A stretch of 64,000 bases of DNA, taken from positions 352,001 through 416,000 of IMG/VR virus record IMGVR_UViG_3300049988_000286. One strand, 5' to 3'. How positions within the stretch are numbered: the stretch's first letter is position 1; each line of letters starts with the position of its first letter. Shown here piece by piece: positions 1-9,697 of this stretch. The notes beneath the pieces were generated by a model. That model was given only the letters and a program-made list of their open reading frames with translations, was not told the DNA's origin and made no database searches. The stretch comes from a virus. Taxonomy: Duplodnaviria; Caudoviricetes. Made by a program: the position numbers and the translations under genes.

Positions 1-1
1 G

Positions 2-376
2 GTAAATTCATCAGAAAATAATATTGGCGGCGGTGCTTATATCTTCTACATGACGGTCATGAGCGATCCTATAGCATTGGAAATGTCTGAAGGCTTTGTC
101 CTTGAGGTATTGTACATAGCATTGATAGAGTGGAAGGTTCCACTACCCTCGATTTCGAGGAGCCTTCCTGTGCATTCATCGTCAAAGTTCGACGGCGAGC
201 AGGAAGCACTTTGGCAGCAAATTATAATGGACCCTCGATTTAGCCAGTTGCTTTTCGCGAACGAACCAGTGGTTTCAATCAGCGCACGCAACATTGTAAT
301 GAGCAATGCGCAAATCGGTATAGAGCCGTTTATTAAGGCTTATGCTGATTATCTAGTAGTGGTCGGTTCTTCGTAG
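2..376 (+). CDS. hypothetical protein, 5'-truncated by the window edge
   Basis: Frame is open from nt 2 to TAG at 374-376; the other + frames hit stops early. Confidence 0.4.
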   Translation, partial: VNSSENNIGGGAYIFYMTVMSDPIALEMSEGFVLEVLYIALIEWKVPLPSISRSLPVHSSSKFDGEQEALWQQIIMDPRFSQLLFANEPVVSISARNIVMSNAQIGIEPFIKAYADYLVVVGSS

Positions 377-379
377 AGC

Positions 380-465
380 GCGGGCATGATGAAAAGGTAG
401 CCGTGGGGGACTTAAAATCCTCCGCTCGAAAGAGCGTCCCGGTTCGATTCCGGGTGCCCGCACCA
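380..465 (+). tRNA. tRNA-Leu(UAA)
   Basis: GCGGGCA/TGCCCGC acceptor stem, CTTAAAA anticodon loop, GCTC-GAAA-GAGC variable arm, GGTTCGATTCC T-arm, encoded CCA. Confidence 0.95.
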
Positions 466-1017
466 CTAAATCGCTTTGACGAACGATCCATCTGGCACCA
501 CGGCGGAGACGCTCCCCGCATCCTCGCCTTCATTGTCGTAGTAGCATCCCCGATCAGCCGTTCCCATGGCTTTCTGTTTGATCATCCAGCGATTGGCGTG
601 ATCGTCAGTAAGGGGATTATTGGGTTTGTTCTTCATCGCGCCGACGATGTGGTAACCTTGGATCGACGGTCGAGCAGTCAGGGCGACTTGTTCCCGGTTA
701 CTAAAGACGGCGCGCTCAAGGCCGTTCTCGGGCAGGAAATCTTCTACTGGGAGCCGCGCGTTGAACCCAGTGGCCCATCTTCCCAAGCGTTTGAGGGTCT
801 GGCTACCGGCGAGCATGGTCTTGCCATACTCGGAACCACCGTCCCAATCGTGACCATCGGCCCTTACGCCGATGCGTGCTTCGAGGGCTTCCCGTGCCGC
901 GTCCCGTGATCCGAGATGGAGGCCGTAATGGGAGCCGCGAAGATCACCCGATGGTGAGCCATGCCAGAACACGATCGGGACGGAGGCTTCGCAGATGAGG
1001 TCGATGAGGTAGCGCAT
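466..1017 (-). CDS. late gene with internal-protein-like N-terminus and possible ADP-ribosyltransferase-like core
   Basis: Starts MRYLIDLICEA, 4 nt after TAAATA; VFWHGS and LHLGS motifs. Confidence 0.7.
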   Translation of the reverse strand: MRYLIDLICEASVPIVFWHGSPSGDLRGSHYGLHLGSRDAAREALEARIGVRADGHDWDGGSEYGKTMLAGSQTLKRLGRWATGFNARLPVEDFLPENGLERAVFSNREQVALTARPSIQGYHIVGAMKNKPNNPLTDDHANRWMIKQKAMGTADRGCYYDNEGEDAGSVSAVVPDGSFVKAI

Positions 1018-1021
1018 CGGA

Positions 1022-1027
1022 TATTTA
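1022..1027 (-). promoter_or_regulatory. late promoter TAAATA
   Basis: TAAATA-4 nt-ATG(1017). Confidence 0.75.
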
Positions 1028-1031
1028 GCGC

Positions 1032-1060
1032 TTGACCGAACTCTGCTAATCAATTATAGC
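1032..1060 (+). promoter_or_regulatory. sigma70-type early promoter containing CGAACT
   Basis: TTGACC-17 nt-TATAGC. Confidence 0.7.
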
Positions 1061-1083
1061 GGTGGTCGAAACGGAGACACCCC

Positions 1084-1278
1084 ATGCTCGCAGTCAACGA
1101 TCTCGTCCACGCCACCATTATCGAGAACGGCTACTGGAAGGATTCCTGCAAGGGGAAGATCGTCGGCGAGACCGCCAACTTCTGGATTGTCGAGAGCCAT
1201 CACTGGCGCTTCAACAACAAGACCAAGCGTTTCGCCAAGGAGGGCGGCAACCTCTCCAAGCGCGAGCCGAAGGTTTAA
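1084..1278 (+). CDS. hypothetical protein
   Basis: GGAG SD, lies downstream of a promoter. Confidence 0.7.
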   Translation: MLAVNDLVHATIIENGYWKDSCKGKIVGETANFWIVESHHWRFNNKTKRFAKEGGNLSKREPKV

Positions 1279-1490
1279 CCCCTCCACGCCAGCCAATACA
1301 TCAGTGCGTCGGCTTCATCGCGAAACACTATTCTCCCCTCCGACACATGGACGAGCGACGAAGTATTGTCCGCGCACCATGCTATCGCCGCCCGCGCCTC
1401 TTGCGACCATCTACCGAAGGGGTGATCGACCTCGATCACCCACTCCTTGACGAGGGTCCGATACATCCGGGCAGCGCGAGGCGGGGTCAT
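1275..1490 (-). CDS. paralog family A small protein
   Basis: C-terminal IVFRDEADALMYWLAW. Confidence 0.7.
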   Translation of the reverse strand: MTPPRAARMYRTLVKEWVIEVDHPFGRWSQEARAAIAWCADNTSSLVHVSEGRIVFRDEADALMYWLAWRG

Positions 1491-1530
1491 GCGGGTTCGT
1501 TAGATCACGCGAGGTCGAGAAAGCAAATAG

Positions 1531-2721
1531 CTATTTCTTGATGCGCGTGAGGAACAGTTCCTCCCTCCATCCCTCGCGGGGCTCTCCTTGCTTCAAGGTC
1601 ACCTGATCGACAGGAACAAGAACCCACGAATCCGGTAGGTCCATCTTGCGCGCAGTCGAGACGCCTTCGATGCCCTTGTCCTCGAAGAAACCGGTCCACG
1701 AGAGGATTGACGATCGTGCGTTACCCTCGTTGGCGTATTTCTTCGCGGACTTGAACGTATCGACCATGCGGACATGATCCTTCCGATCCGTGTAGTCATA
1801 GTCGAACCCGGCGAAATACTTCCCGTCCTCGCCGTCGCGAAGGACATAGACGATCGACTCCGGTATCGAGATTGCCTCAACGGCATCCTCGATCTGTCGA
1901 TAAGAAAGAGTGAAGCCGTTCTGCCACCAAGGATTTTCGCCCCAATACTCCCACGAGGGAACACCCCTGCCACCCGATGAACCATCCGGACGCGTGTGCT
2001 TGATGTGATACTCGATCTGGCTCTCATCGAGATCGACGCGGATGGCGCGGCCGGAGTCCTTTTGCCGGTCCGCGCTGGTCTTCTTGTCCGACGATACAGT
2101 GAATTCGAGACCCGCCGGTACCGTGAAGATCGGCATCTCATGCGCGTGCTCATACGGGTTGTCGTAATTGTATGGCTTTCCCGCCGCGCGCCAAGCATCC
2201 GCCTCCGCGACGAGGCGATGATCACGCTCTGGATAGACCCACGCAGTAATGGTCACCGGCCGGGTAAAGCGCCAGCGCGAGCCCTTGACCATCTCCTTCA
2301 GCTTGGAAACCTTGGCCTCCTTTGCTACTGGCGGGTCGATCTTGGTTACGGCCCCGATGTGGGCAACCGATGATCCCCAGACGACGAACCGCAAGTCGCC
2401 GCCGAAGCGATCGATGACCCGCTGTTCAGCCGCCGCCGCTTCTGGGAACCGTTTTTTGATCGCACTCCATTGCCCATCGAACAGGCGGTAGCTCTCACCC
2501 CATGTCTTCCAAAGGTCATGCCCGGCGAGTTCTCGCAGCACCACATGCTCTTCTTCCGGGATGAGGTCTTCAAGCGAATGCGGTCTCGTGATCTGCGTGA
2601 CGCGCCCCTTTGTGGCGCGCTTCGAAGGCTGGCAGAACCGTTCCGAGAGCACAAACCCCGCCGAATAGATGGGGGTGCCCTTGGGTGCGCTCACGTAGTC
2701 GCCAATTTTGATATCGCTCAT
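1531..2721 (-). CDS. hypothetical protein
   Basis: Long ORF starting MSDIKIG, TTGACC promoter upstream. Confidence 0.8.
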   Translation of the reverse strand: MSDIKIGDYVSAPKGTPIYSAGFVLSERFCQPSKRATKGRVTQITRPHSLEDLIPEEEHVVLRELAGHDLWKTWGESYRLFDGQWSAIKKRFPEAAAAEQRVIDRFGGDLRFVVWGSSVAHIGAVTKIDPPVAKEAKVSKLKEMVKGSRWRFTRPVTITAWVYPERDHRLVAEADAWRAAGKPYNYDNPYEHAHEMPIFTVPAGLEFTVSSDKKTSADRQKDSGRAIRVDLDESQIEYHIKHTRPDGSSGGRGVPSWEYWGENPWWQNGFTLSYRQIEDAVEAISIPESIVYVLRDGEDGKYFAGFDYDYTDRKDHVRMVDTFKSAKKYANEGNARSSILSWTGFFEDKGIEGVSTARKMDLPDSWVLVPVDQVTLKQGEPREGWREELFLTRIKK

Positions 2722-2820
2722 GCCTAGATGGTAGCCTTCAACTCGCAAGCGGTCAACGGTTTATAGTTCGTGCTTGACTCACCCGTGATAATCGATTACC
2801 GACGCGGCGAGGAGATCACT

Positions 2821-3534
2821 ATGCCCCTGCCTGAAATCGAGCATTCGCCCCATGGCTACTGGATCGATCTCGACCGATCGATCCACCCGCTCGCAGAGCC
2901 GCAGTCTCACGCCCGGCATCCGATCCTCGATCGTTTCTCCGGCGAGGGCCTTGCCCGAATGCAAGCCGGGCTGGACGAGGGTCTCGTCGCGGTATCGATC
3001 TTCGACAACAGCTTCTCGGTTCGATCGCGCGCAGGGGCGGTTCCCGCACCCGTCATCGCTTCTCTTGCCAGAGTCGTCGCGCTTCACACGCCCGAGGCGA
3101 TCACTACGGATCATCACGGCGCTGGTCCCACCAAGACGATCATGCGCGGTCTTCGGTTGACGACTACTCGCACGGTTCCATCGTTCCCCGACAGTGAGCC
3201 GCAGTTCGCATCGCCGTGGGAGGAGATCGCGCATCTCAAGCTCGCTCTCTCCGTGGTGGAAGGTGAACGTGACGCCTATTCCGCCATGGCGTCACAGAGT
3301 GAGGCCCAGACGGCGCTCAAGCATTTCTTCAAGCGCTTCGACGACATCAGAGCGCAGCTTGACCTTGTTCGCCGTTACTACAAGAAGGGCGAGGATATCT
3401 CAATCGACTCATCGCTCGACGATAAGGCGAAGCTGGACAAGCTTGGCTTCTACATCTTCCATGAGATGAACCGTAGCCTGTGGTACGTGGGTGTGCTCGT
3501 CAAGGAGTTGTTCGCGACCAAGGCCGACGACTGA
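2821..3534 (+). CDS. hypothetical protein
   Basis: GAGGAG SD before ATG 2821. Confidence 0.75.
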   Translation: MPLPEIEHSPHGYWIDLDRSIHPLAEPQSHARHPILDRFSGEGLARMQAGLDEGLVAVSIFDNSFSVRSRAGAVPAPVIASLARVVALHTPEAITTDHHGAGPTKTIMRGLRLTTTRTVPSFPDSEPQFASPWEEIAHLKLALSVVEGERDAYSAMASQSEAQTALKHFFKRFDDIRAQLDLVRRYYKKGEDISIDSSLDDKAKLDKLGFYIFHEMNRSLWYVGVLVKELFATKADD

Positions 3535-4113
3535 TCACTCCCCTCCCGTTTCAACAACCCTCGCCTGTGCCGCCATCGTTTTGGACACGATCACCTCGTC
3601 GTCGTTACCACCGTCGAGGTAGAGGAGGATGTCGCGGAGCGGCAGGGTGAGTTCAACGATCCACCACGCTCCCTTGCGTTTCGGGAGGACATAACCGCGT
3701 GTCGCATGGGTGCCATCGTAGGTGGTGAAGGTCGCGCAACGATCCCGCCGGGCGGTGAACGATACCCAGTCGCGGTTCTGGCGGTCGATGTGCTGGGGGT
3801 CGTACACGCCTCCGCCGCCGCGCCAAAGCTTGATCGGTGTATCGAGGGCAGCTTCGAACATCTCCGGAGTGGCGAAGGGTGTGGCCCAATTCTGGACTTT
3901 CATGATTTCGTTTGCGAAGAAGACGATCCGGGATGAGGTCTGGAACTTGCGGTTCCTCGATGCCCGGTTGATGCACGTCACGGCGTTGCGGTTGATCCAT
4001 GGCAGCACGGCGTCGTGGAAGCGTAAGCGGGCTTCTTCCGCCTTGTAGTGATTGAGCAAATCCCAGATCGAGAGAAGGTCTTGGTCTTCGCAGAGGTTGA
4101 TCCACTCACGCAT
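3535..4113 (-). CDS. late gene with internal-protein-like N-terminus, R-S-E type ADP-ribosyltransferase-like
   Basis: MREWINLCED start; LWRG, WVSFT and DDEVIV motifs in ART order. Confidence 0.65.
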   Translation of the reverse strand: MREWINLCEDQDLLSIWDLLNHYKAEEARLRFHDAVLPWINRNAVTCINRASRNRKFQTSSRIVFFANEIMKVQNWATPFATPEMFEAALDTPIKLWRGGGGVYDPQHIDRQNRDWVSFTARRDRCATFTTYDGTHATRGYVLPKRKGAWWIVELTLPLRDILLYLDGGNDDEVIVSKTMAAQARVVETGGE

Positions 4114-4543
4114 GTTCGTCCCTCACGAAAATCCTCGATCTGTCTGCCTTAATCGCCAACATGCCGATGCGCTTCAATCCCGCGAAACGATCGGCGAGAC
4201 TTTCGAGGTGATCCCCGATCCCCATCACGAAGCATCCGCACCCTGCTGCATAGATGGTAGCGGCGCAAGTCCAGTCGGTTTCTTGTTCGATACCGGAGAT
4301 CGACGTGCCGATGATCATCGGGTAGCCGAGGTTGCCGAGATCACGGTGCGGGGCATCATCGGCGTTCCAGACTAGCAGATCATCAGAGTAGCCGCCCCGG
4401 AGCGTCTGATGCGGTGCTGCCTTGAGGGCGCGCATGATCTCTCTCGCAGAGGGGTTGCGGTAGAGCATGATTTCGCGACCCTTACTGATGGGGAAGACTT
4501 CCCGCTTCTCCATGAGGGCGATGGTATCGATGAGGTCTCGCAT
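4106..4543 (-). CDS. late gene with internal-protein-like N-terminus
   Basis: MRDLIDTIALME start; middle gene of a TAAATA-driven triplet. Confidence 0.75.
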   Translation of the reverse strand: MRDLIDTIALMEKREVFPISKGREIMLYRNPSAREIMRALKAAPHQTLRGGYSDDLLVWNADDAPHRDLGNLGYPMIIGTSISGIEQETDWTCAATIYAAGCGCFVMGIGDHLESLADRFAGLKRIGMLAIKADRSRIFVRDEHA

Positions 4544-4544
4544 A

Positions 4545-4982
4545 TTAGGCAAATTTCACGCGAAATTGTGTTGTATCATCGTCTTCGAAGTCGCCGAATG
4601 TGACTTGCCCATTATATTGTGCCGCGAGCTTCTTTGCTAGTTTCTCGTAGACGGACGCTCTGGCGGTATTGTCATGCCTCGGTGTGGTGAAATATATCTC
4701 CTTCGGAGAGAACTTATCGTGTAAGTCTTTGACGATGGTGATCACCGTAGCGAACACCGCAAACGGAGTTGCTTCATTAGTCGGTTTGAGGGAGAACTTG
4801 GTGCCCCCTACCATATTTCCAAATTGGATATCCCATACTTTGTTATGCGCGCGAGCGACGAAGGCGTATGGTTTATTCTTGATCTCGAATTTGGCCAAAG
4901 CGTATTCGTGATCGATGTCCTCCCAACGCCATACCTGCTGTGAATCAAAGGCTTCTCTGATGATGTTGATTAGGTCTCGCAT
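4545..4982 (-). CDS. late gene with internal-protein-like N-terminus, possibly GNAT-like; paralog of 14203-14748
   Basis: MRDLINIIREA 4 nt after TAAATA; FATVITIV and RASVYEKL motifs. Confidence 0.75.
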   Translation of the reverse strand: MRDLINIIREAFDSQQVWRWEDIDHEYALAKFEIKNKPYAFVARAHNKVWDIQFGNMVGGTKFSLKPTNEATPFAVFATVITIVKDLHDKFSPKEIYFTTPRHDNTARASVYEKLAKKLAAQYNGQVTFGDFEDDDTTQFRVKFA

Positions 4983-4986
4983 TGCG

Positions 4987-4992
4987 TATTTA
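4987..4992 (-). promoter_or_regulatory. late promoter TAAATA
   Basis: TAAATA-4 nt-ATG(4982). Confidence 0.75.
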
Positions 4993-5030
4993 GGCTTGCG
5001 AACCAGACTTGGACGAACTATAGCAGAGCG

Positions 5031-5255
5031 ATGGACCGCCGCAAATCTGCCCGCCTCTACTCCGCCTCCGCCCACGCTATCATGCGCGAGCGCGCCGAAG
5101 TGGCTCGAAAACGTGCAGAAATTTGGGGCGATCATCTCCCGCAGCACCTCGCCGTTGAGCGTCGTGAGACTTTCCTTCGCTGGCTTTGGATCGCTGTGTT
5201 GGTCGGGTGTCTGGTGCTCGGTGTGGGCTTCCTCGTTACCCAGACGGTGCAGTGA
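5031..5255 (+). CDS. small membrane protein, probably leaderless
   Basis: C-terminal hydrophobic helix; TTGCGA-17 nt-TATAGC ends 6 nt before the ATG. Confidence 0.65.
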   Translation: MDRRKSARLYSASAHAIMRERAEVARKRAEIWGDHLPQHLAVERRETFLRWLWIAVLVGCLVLGVGFLVTQTVQ

Positions 5256-5470
5256 TGGGCAAGCTTTCGCGCCATGATCTTCTCCGCCGCGAGTTGGAGA
5301 GTCGGCATTTCACCAAGGCGTCGCACCCCGATCGTGAGACCCTTGATGCAATGTGGAGTCATGCCGTCGATCACAACGGCGAAGCGTGGGACTGGAATAC
5401 GCAGGAGAAGCCGGGGATCACCACCGCATACGCTTTCCTCGTCTCGCTGCTCAAGCATCCGGTGCCATGA
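5255..5470 (+). CDS. hypothetical protein
   Basis: TGATG coupling to the upstream gene. Confidence 0.65.
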   Translation: MGKLSRHDLLRRELESRHFTKASHPDRETLDAMWSHAVDHNGEAWDWNTQEKPGITTAYAFLVSLLKHPVP

Positions 5471-5521
5471 GGTGTTGACAGTTCGGTAAATCAAACCCAT
5501 GGAGCGGAAAGGAGAACAATC

Positions 5522-5848
5522 ATGGACCTTTTTCGTATCGCGGCCCAGCGCGGCATCACGCTCCCGACCGCGAAGGTCGTCCCGCAGAAAAGAGCGACGA
5601 GTCAGCCAATCACCCGCAATCAGCCTGTAGAGGTTCGACTGCTGGTTCGCGGCGATCTACCGGTCCAATACACGCGAGCCGGCAAAGTGGCCAAGCGACA
5701 GCCAGCGCCGATGCTACCCGGTGAAACGGCTTGGGCGAAGCTGCGCTATACCGGTGAGGTGAACCTGTATCCATTCGAGATGGCGGGCGAGGGCTATGAA
5801 CTTGTCTCCGACGCCGAAGAGGGCGTGCATTACGAGTTCGTCGAATGA
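5522..5848 (+). CDS. hypothetical protein
   Basis: AAGGAG SD; TTGACA promoter at 5475. Confidence 0.75.
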   Translation: MDLFRIAAQRGITLPTAKVVPQKRATSQPITRNQPVEVRLLVRGDLPVQYTRAGKVAKRQPAPMLPGETAWAKLRYTGEVNLYPFEMAGEGYELVSDAEEGVHYEFVE

Positions 5849-6063
5849 AGACGCGTATCCTCTGTATCCTCACTATCACGGGCTTCTTCTGCTTCGCTTC
5901 AGCGCTCCTGATGACCCTCGTGCTCGACATGAGGAACTTCTTCGACGCCCTTCCTGCCGCGCGCCTCTATGTCTTAATGGTGGAGGGTGCGCTATTCTCC
6001 GCCACAATGACCAGTGCCTTCGCGGCTCGCTGGTATGTCTTGCGCTGGCGGTGCGATCTGTGA
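5845..6063 (+). CDS. small membrane protein
   Basis: ATGA overlap; two hydrophobic segments. Confidence 0.65.
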   Translation: MKTRILCILTITGFFCFASALLMTLVLDMRNFFDALPAARLYVLMVEGALFSATMTSAFAARWYVLRWRCDL

Positions 6064-6377
6064 AGAAAACCGTTTTGCGCATACAAGCGAAAGGCGGTCG
6101 AGCGCCCGTGGTGGCGATGATGGAGGCGATGATCCGGGCGGGCATCCCCTTCGTCATGGCGAACAGCGTCTCGCATCCCGGATCACGCGCTACCTTGCGC
6201 GATTGGGGCGAGAACTCCGACCTCCTCTTCGCTCTTGTTCGTGACAGTGATGTGGCGATGATCAGATTGATCAACACGGAATGCACGATCAGAGATAATA
6301 ATCACGTGTGGTGGAGCTACGCGTCGCGGCCGAAGACCGAATCGGACCGGCCCGCCATACGCTTGCGGCCTTGGTGA
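6060..6377 (+). CDS. paralog family B protein
   Basis: GTGA overlap; RAGIPF and LVRDSDVAMIRL motifs. Confidence 0.65.
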   Translation: MKKTVLRIQAKGGRAPVVAMMEAMIRAGIPFVMANSVSHPGSRATLRDWGENSDLLFALVRDSDVAMIRLINTECTIRDNNHVWWSYASRPKTESDRPAIRLRPW

Positions 6378-6381
6378 CGAC

Positions 6382-6387
6382 TAAATA
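6382..6387 (+). promoter_or_regulatory. late promoter TAAATA with SD-containing leader
   Basis: 21 nt to ATG 6409, AAGGAG in the leader. Confidence 0.7.
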
Positions 6388-6408
6388 GGGGAAAGGAGAC
6401 CTCCCCTC

Positions 6409-6903
6409 ATGCGCACCTACATCGACATCATCAACGAAGCACAGGAGCAACTCAACGAGTTGTTCGGCCTCTCCTCGAAGGAGAAGGCTGCGAAAAGCTT
6501 GGCTGCGACGGGTGACGAGATCAAGGCAGCTATGCAGATCAGACACACGATCGAGAGCGCGAAAGCCGTTGATGCTCTCGCAGTCAAGGCGCTGGGTCAA
6601 GGCGCTGATGCTGCGTTCTTCCAGAAGCTGGGTTTCGAATCGCGGATCAATCCACAGGAAGCACAGGGCACCTTCTATGTCCCCGATGTGTGGACCGATA
6701 TGAAGTCGGTGCATGAGTTCCAGACCGTCTACGGCGTTGAGCGCCTCGCTGGTCCGGTGAGTCAGCAGAACAAGATCGACGAATTCTCGATCGAGCGTCG
6801 CTACCCGGATCGCACCAACAAATGGGTGCCTCGTCGTGCATTTCAGGCGTGGATCAGCCGAGCGGACGGCAATCACGAGAAGCTGATCTTCCGCCTCAAA
6901 TAA
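6409..6903 (+). CDS. late gene with internal-protein-like N-terminus
   Basis: MRTYIDIINEA start. Confidence 0.8.
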   Translation: MRTYIDIINEAQEQLNELFGLSSKEKAAKSLAATGDEIKAAMQIRHTIESAKAVDALAVKALGQGADAAFFQKLGFESRINPQEAQGTFYVPDVWTDMKSVHEFQTVYGVERLAGPVSQQNKIDEFSIERRYPDRTNKWVPRRAFQAWISRADGNHEKLIFRLK

Positions 6904-6961
6904 AGAGTTCGTGCTTGACCCCTGCCGCTAATCGTTTATACACGCGGTTCAGGAGACGATC

Positions 6962-7492
6962 ATGACCCGCACTTACATCGGCCATTACAAGCGCTTCGGT
7001 CAGCCCAACCACCACATGGCGGTCTATCGTCTCGAAGATGGCCGCACGGTCAATGATCAGAATGTTGAGATCAGCCTCGACAAGCGCGTTCTGGTCAGCG
7101 GTCCCGAAGATGGCGGTGAGGTTTGCGGTTGCGCGTTGTGTCAGCGTAAGGCTCGCCTCGCTCCGCCCAAGGGTTTCGACGGTTGCACGTGCACCGAGTT
7201 CACCCTCCATTTCCATCTCTGCCAGTGCGGCGTGCGCCAGCGTGTCCTCGAAGCCGAGGCGGAAGCCATCGTCCCGATGCTATCGGACGAGCAAGTCTCC
7301 GCGATGGTTGAGGTCACTGGCGCGATCGAGCAGCGCAAGGCAGACAATCTCGGCTACGGCTTGAAGAAACTTCAGTTAAGCACGGGATGGTCGCGTAGCG
7401 GAGACAATGCGGTTATCTTGACCGATCTGGGTAAAATTGTTCAGGACCGGTTGCGCAAACATCTCGAAGTAGTCAAAGTCCTCTCGACGTAA
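6962..7492 (+). CDS. hypothetical Cys-rich protein, possibly zinc-binding
   Basis: AGGAG SD; CGCALC, CTC and CQC motifs. Confidence 0.7.
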   Translation: MTRTYIGHYKRFGQPNHHMAVYRLEDGRTVNDQNVEISLDKRVLVSGPEDGGEVCGCALCQRKARLAPPKGFDGCTCTEFTLHFHLCQCGVRQRVLEAEAEAIVPMLSDEQVSAMVEVTGAIEQRKADNLGYGLKKLQLSTGWSRSGDNAVILTDLGKIVQDRLRKHLEVVKVLST

Positions 7493-7609
7493 TCTTATAA
7501 TCTTTATTGTCCCTTGGTTGGAATGTTGCTATAGTTCGGCAACATTCCTGTCATGATTGACAGCGCGGATGATCGCGCTACCATCGTGGCACTATATAGG
7601 GAGTCAATC

Positions 7610-7738
7610 ATGAGCGACCTTCTCGCAGCCCTCCTCTTCCTCATGGGCCTTGGTCCCAATCCCGATCTTCCGCCCGATCCTGCGGTTCACACGTTGGGTG
7701 GTGGTATCCCGACGACGCCCCCGACGCGCGTGGACTAA
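7610..7738 (+). CDS. 42-aa peptide with hydrophobic N-terminus and Pro/Gly-rich tail
   Basis: GGAG SD; MSDLLAALLFLMGLG...GGGIPTTPPTRVD. Confidence 0.6.
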   Translation: MSDLLAALLFLMGLGPNPDLPPDPAVHTLGGGIPTTPPTRVD

Positions 7739-7740
7739 AG

Positions 7741-8232
7741 ATGCCGGTTGAGATACTCCTCTACGGAGTCTTGTGCTCGATCTCGGCACTGTGTGGCATC
7801 CCGGCTTTGATGAACCGTGATGATGGCGTCTACGCTCTTGTTGGCGGGATGATCATGTCGCTGTTCTGGTGCGCGAATGCCATGTTGTGGATGAGCAATG
7901 GCGTAGAGTTGTTCGCATTCGTCGATGGTGGTTTCTTTGTCGCTACGGTGATCCTGTGGTGGTTCACGCGACTACGTTGGGTGGGTTTACTCGCGCTGCT
8001 CTTCTTGGGCAACCTTGGCCTTGATGCTCTTTTCCTCAAGGCGTTCGGTATCAATGTCGGTATGACCTATCCGTGGTTCTCGCGAGCCTCCAACCTGTTG
8101 TTCATCAGTGAACTCGCCACGGTGGCTTGGGTAGGGTGGTCGCAGATGCAAGCAAGGATGAAGATCGCTACAGCGACGCTCGGTGGCACGATCACGGTCG
8201 CGCTGGGGTTGATCTCTTTCGGTATCTTCTAA
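7741..8232 (+). CDS. multi-pass membrane protein
   Basis: About 5-6 hydrophobic segments; begins 2 nt after the peptide gene. Confidence 0.75.
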   Translation: MPVEILLYGVLCSISALCGIPALMNRDDGVYALVGGMIMSLFWCANAMLWMSNGVELFAFVDGGFFVATVILWWFTRLRWVGLLALLFLGNLGLDALFLKAFGINVGMTYPWFSRASNLLFISELATVAWVGWSQMQARMKIATATLGGTITVALGLISFGIF

Positions 8233-8288
8233 AGAGGTGTTGACAGTTCGCTGATAATCGATTAGAGGTCGGTCCAAGGAGAAAACTG

Positions 8289-9215
8289 ATGCCCAAGGCC
8301 ACCTTCACGATCGACAACCCCCTCAACGCGAACCCGCCCGAGAGCAAGGTATGGTTCCACGTCACCGTGACGGACGGTCGGGTGACGGCGGTCGAGGAGC
8401 ACACCGGCTACGCGGGTGGCCCGATCACTGGAACGCTGGAGACGTTGAGCGAGCGTGTCGCTGCTCGCGGCGGCAGTCAGGATGCCCTTGCCGCGTTCCT
8501 GATGTCGCTCGGTGTCATGGGCACGGTGGATCGTTCGGGCTCGATGAGCAAGGAGATGCTGCGGGCGATCTCCGATGAGGTCAAAGGCATCATGGCCAAC
8601 ACCGACGCGCTCGATATGCTCGACTTCCAGATCGATGGCGTGCTCGTCCGCGAGACGAACCTCGACCAGTTCCTGACCGAAGTCGCGCTGCGGGACTGGC
8701 GTCGGCGAGTGGTTCAGGTTTGGGCCACGATCTCGGGCAAGCAGAACGAGTTCGATGACGATCGCCTCGACATGCTCGATCAACTCGACGATCTCATCGG
8801 CGAACGTATCACGGCTATGCGCCAAGCGGCGGAGGCCCGCATGATGTCGATCGCCCCGCGCCGTCTCGACATGGTGGTGGTGCAGCAGAACGATGACCGC
8901 GACGCGGTGATGAACTGGTCGATGGGCGGCATGAAGGTTTCGGAGATCGAGGGTTGCCTCGATGCATTCGAGCGCGCGGAGCAGATGACCTCGTTCGAAT
9001 TCGACGCCTACGAGACGTTTGGTCAGGCGGCGTGCAACGCGGAGGGCATCGAGACCCTGCACGATCTGTTCGGCACGCGCTTCGCCGAGGCGTTCTTCCT
9101 GCGCAAGAAGTTCCTCATCCTCGACGCAGATCGTCGTGATGCTGTCGTGGAAGTCGCGTTGGCGCAATTGCGCCTCGACCGCATCGAGGCAAAGATCACG
9201 GAGTTGATGGCATGA
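8289..9215 (+). CDS. hypothetical protein
   Basis: AAGGAG SD, strong GC3 bias, TTGACA promoter at 8240. Confidence 0.85.
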   Translation: MPKATFTIDNPLNANPPESKVWFHVTVTDGRVTAVEEHTGYAGGPITGTLETLSERVAARGGSQDALAAFLMSLGVMGTVDRSGSMSKEMLRAISDEVKGIMANTDALDMLDFQIDGVLVRETNLDQFLTEVALRDWRRRVVQVWATISGKQNEFDDDRLDMLDQLDDLIGERITAMRQAAEARMMSIAPRRLDMVVVQQNDDRDAVMNWSMGGMKVSEIEGCLDAFERAEQMTSFEFDAYETFGQAACNAEGIETLHDLFGTRFAEAFFLRKKFLILDADRRDAVVEVALAQLRLDRIEAKITELMA

Positions 9216-9394
9216 TCGCCATCGGGCTCGTCATCCTGTTCATCATCCTGACGGTGGTCTGCTTCTTCGCGTGGGTGGCTGCCATTCCCGGCACCACCGC
9301 CCCCACCCCCGAACTCACCGTCATTCGGATCGCCATCACCGCAGTCTGGATAGCGGGCACGGCGGGCCTGATCTTCGTCGAGACCTTGATCTAG
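9212..9394 (+). CDS. small membrane protein
   Basis: ATGA overlap, two hydrophobic helices. Confidence 0.7.
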   Translation: MIAIGLVILFIILTVVCFFAWVAAIPGTTAPTPELTVIRIAITAVWIAGTAGLIFVETLI

Positions 9395-9697
9395 GTGGCT
9401 CGCGGCATCACGCGCGTGCACATCTGCTTTCCCTGCCGGAAGGTGGGTAAGGGGCAGATGCGGCGGGGGCGACGGATCAAGCCCCGTTGTTCCGCGTGTC
9501 GCGCAGAGATGGTCCGCAATCCACAGAGCAGTAACACGCCGTCGCCGAACGATGACCGGGCATGGAAGGCGTTCGAACAGGATTGCGTGCGCCTCGTTAG
9601 AGACCTCGTAGAGCTATACAACGACTCTACCCTTCATCGTCACTGGCACGATTGGGCGAGAAGCCCTTGCGCTCCGGTGGCGCTACGCGATATCTGA
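9395..9697 (+). CDS. zinc-ribbon hypothetical protein
   Basis: CFPC and CSAC pairs; tight gene packing. Confidence 0.6.
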   Translation: MARGITRVHICFPCRKVGKGQMRRGRRIKPRCSACRAEMVRNPQSSNTPSPNDDRAWKAFEQDCVRLVRDLVELYNDSTLHRHWHDWARSPCAPVALRDI

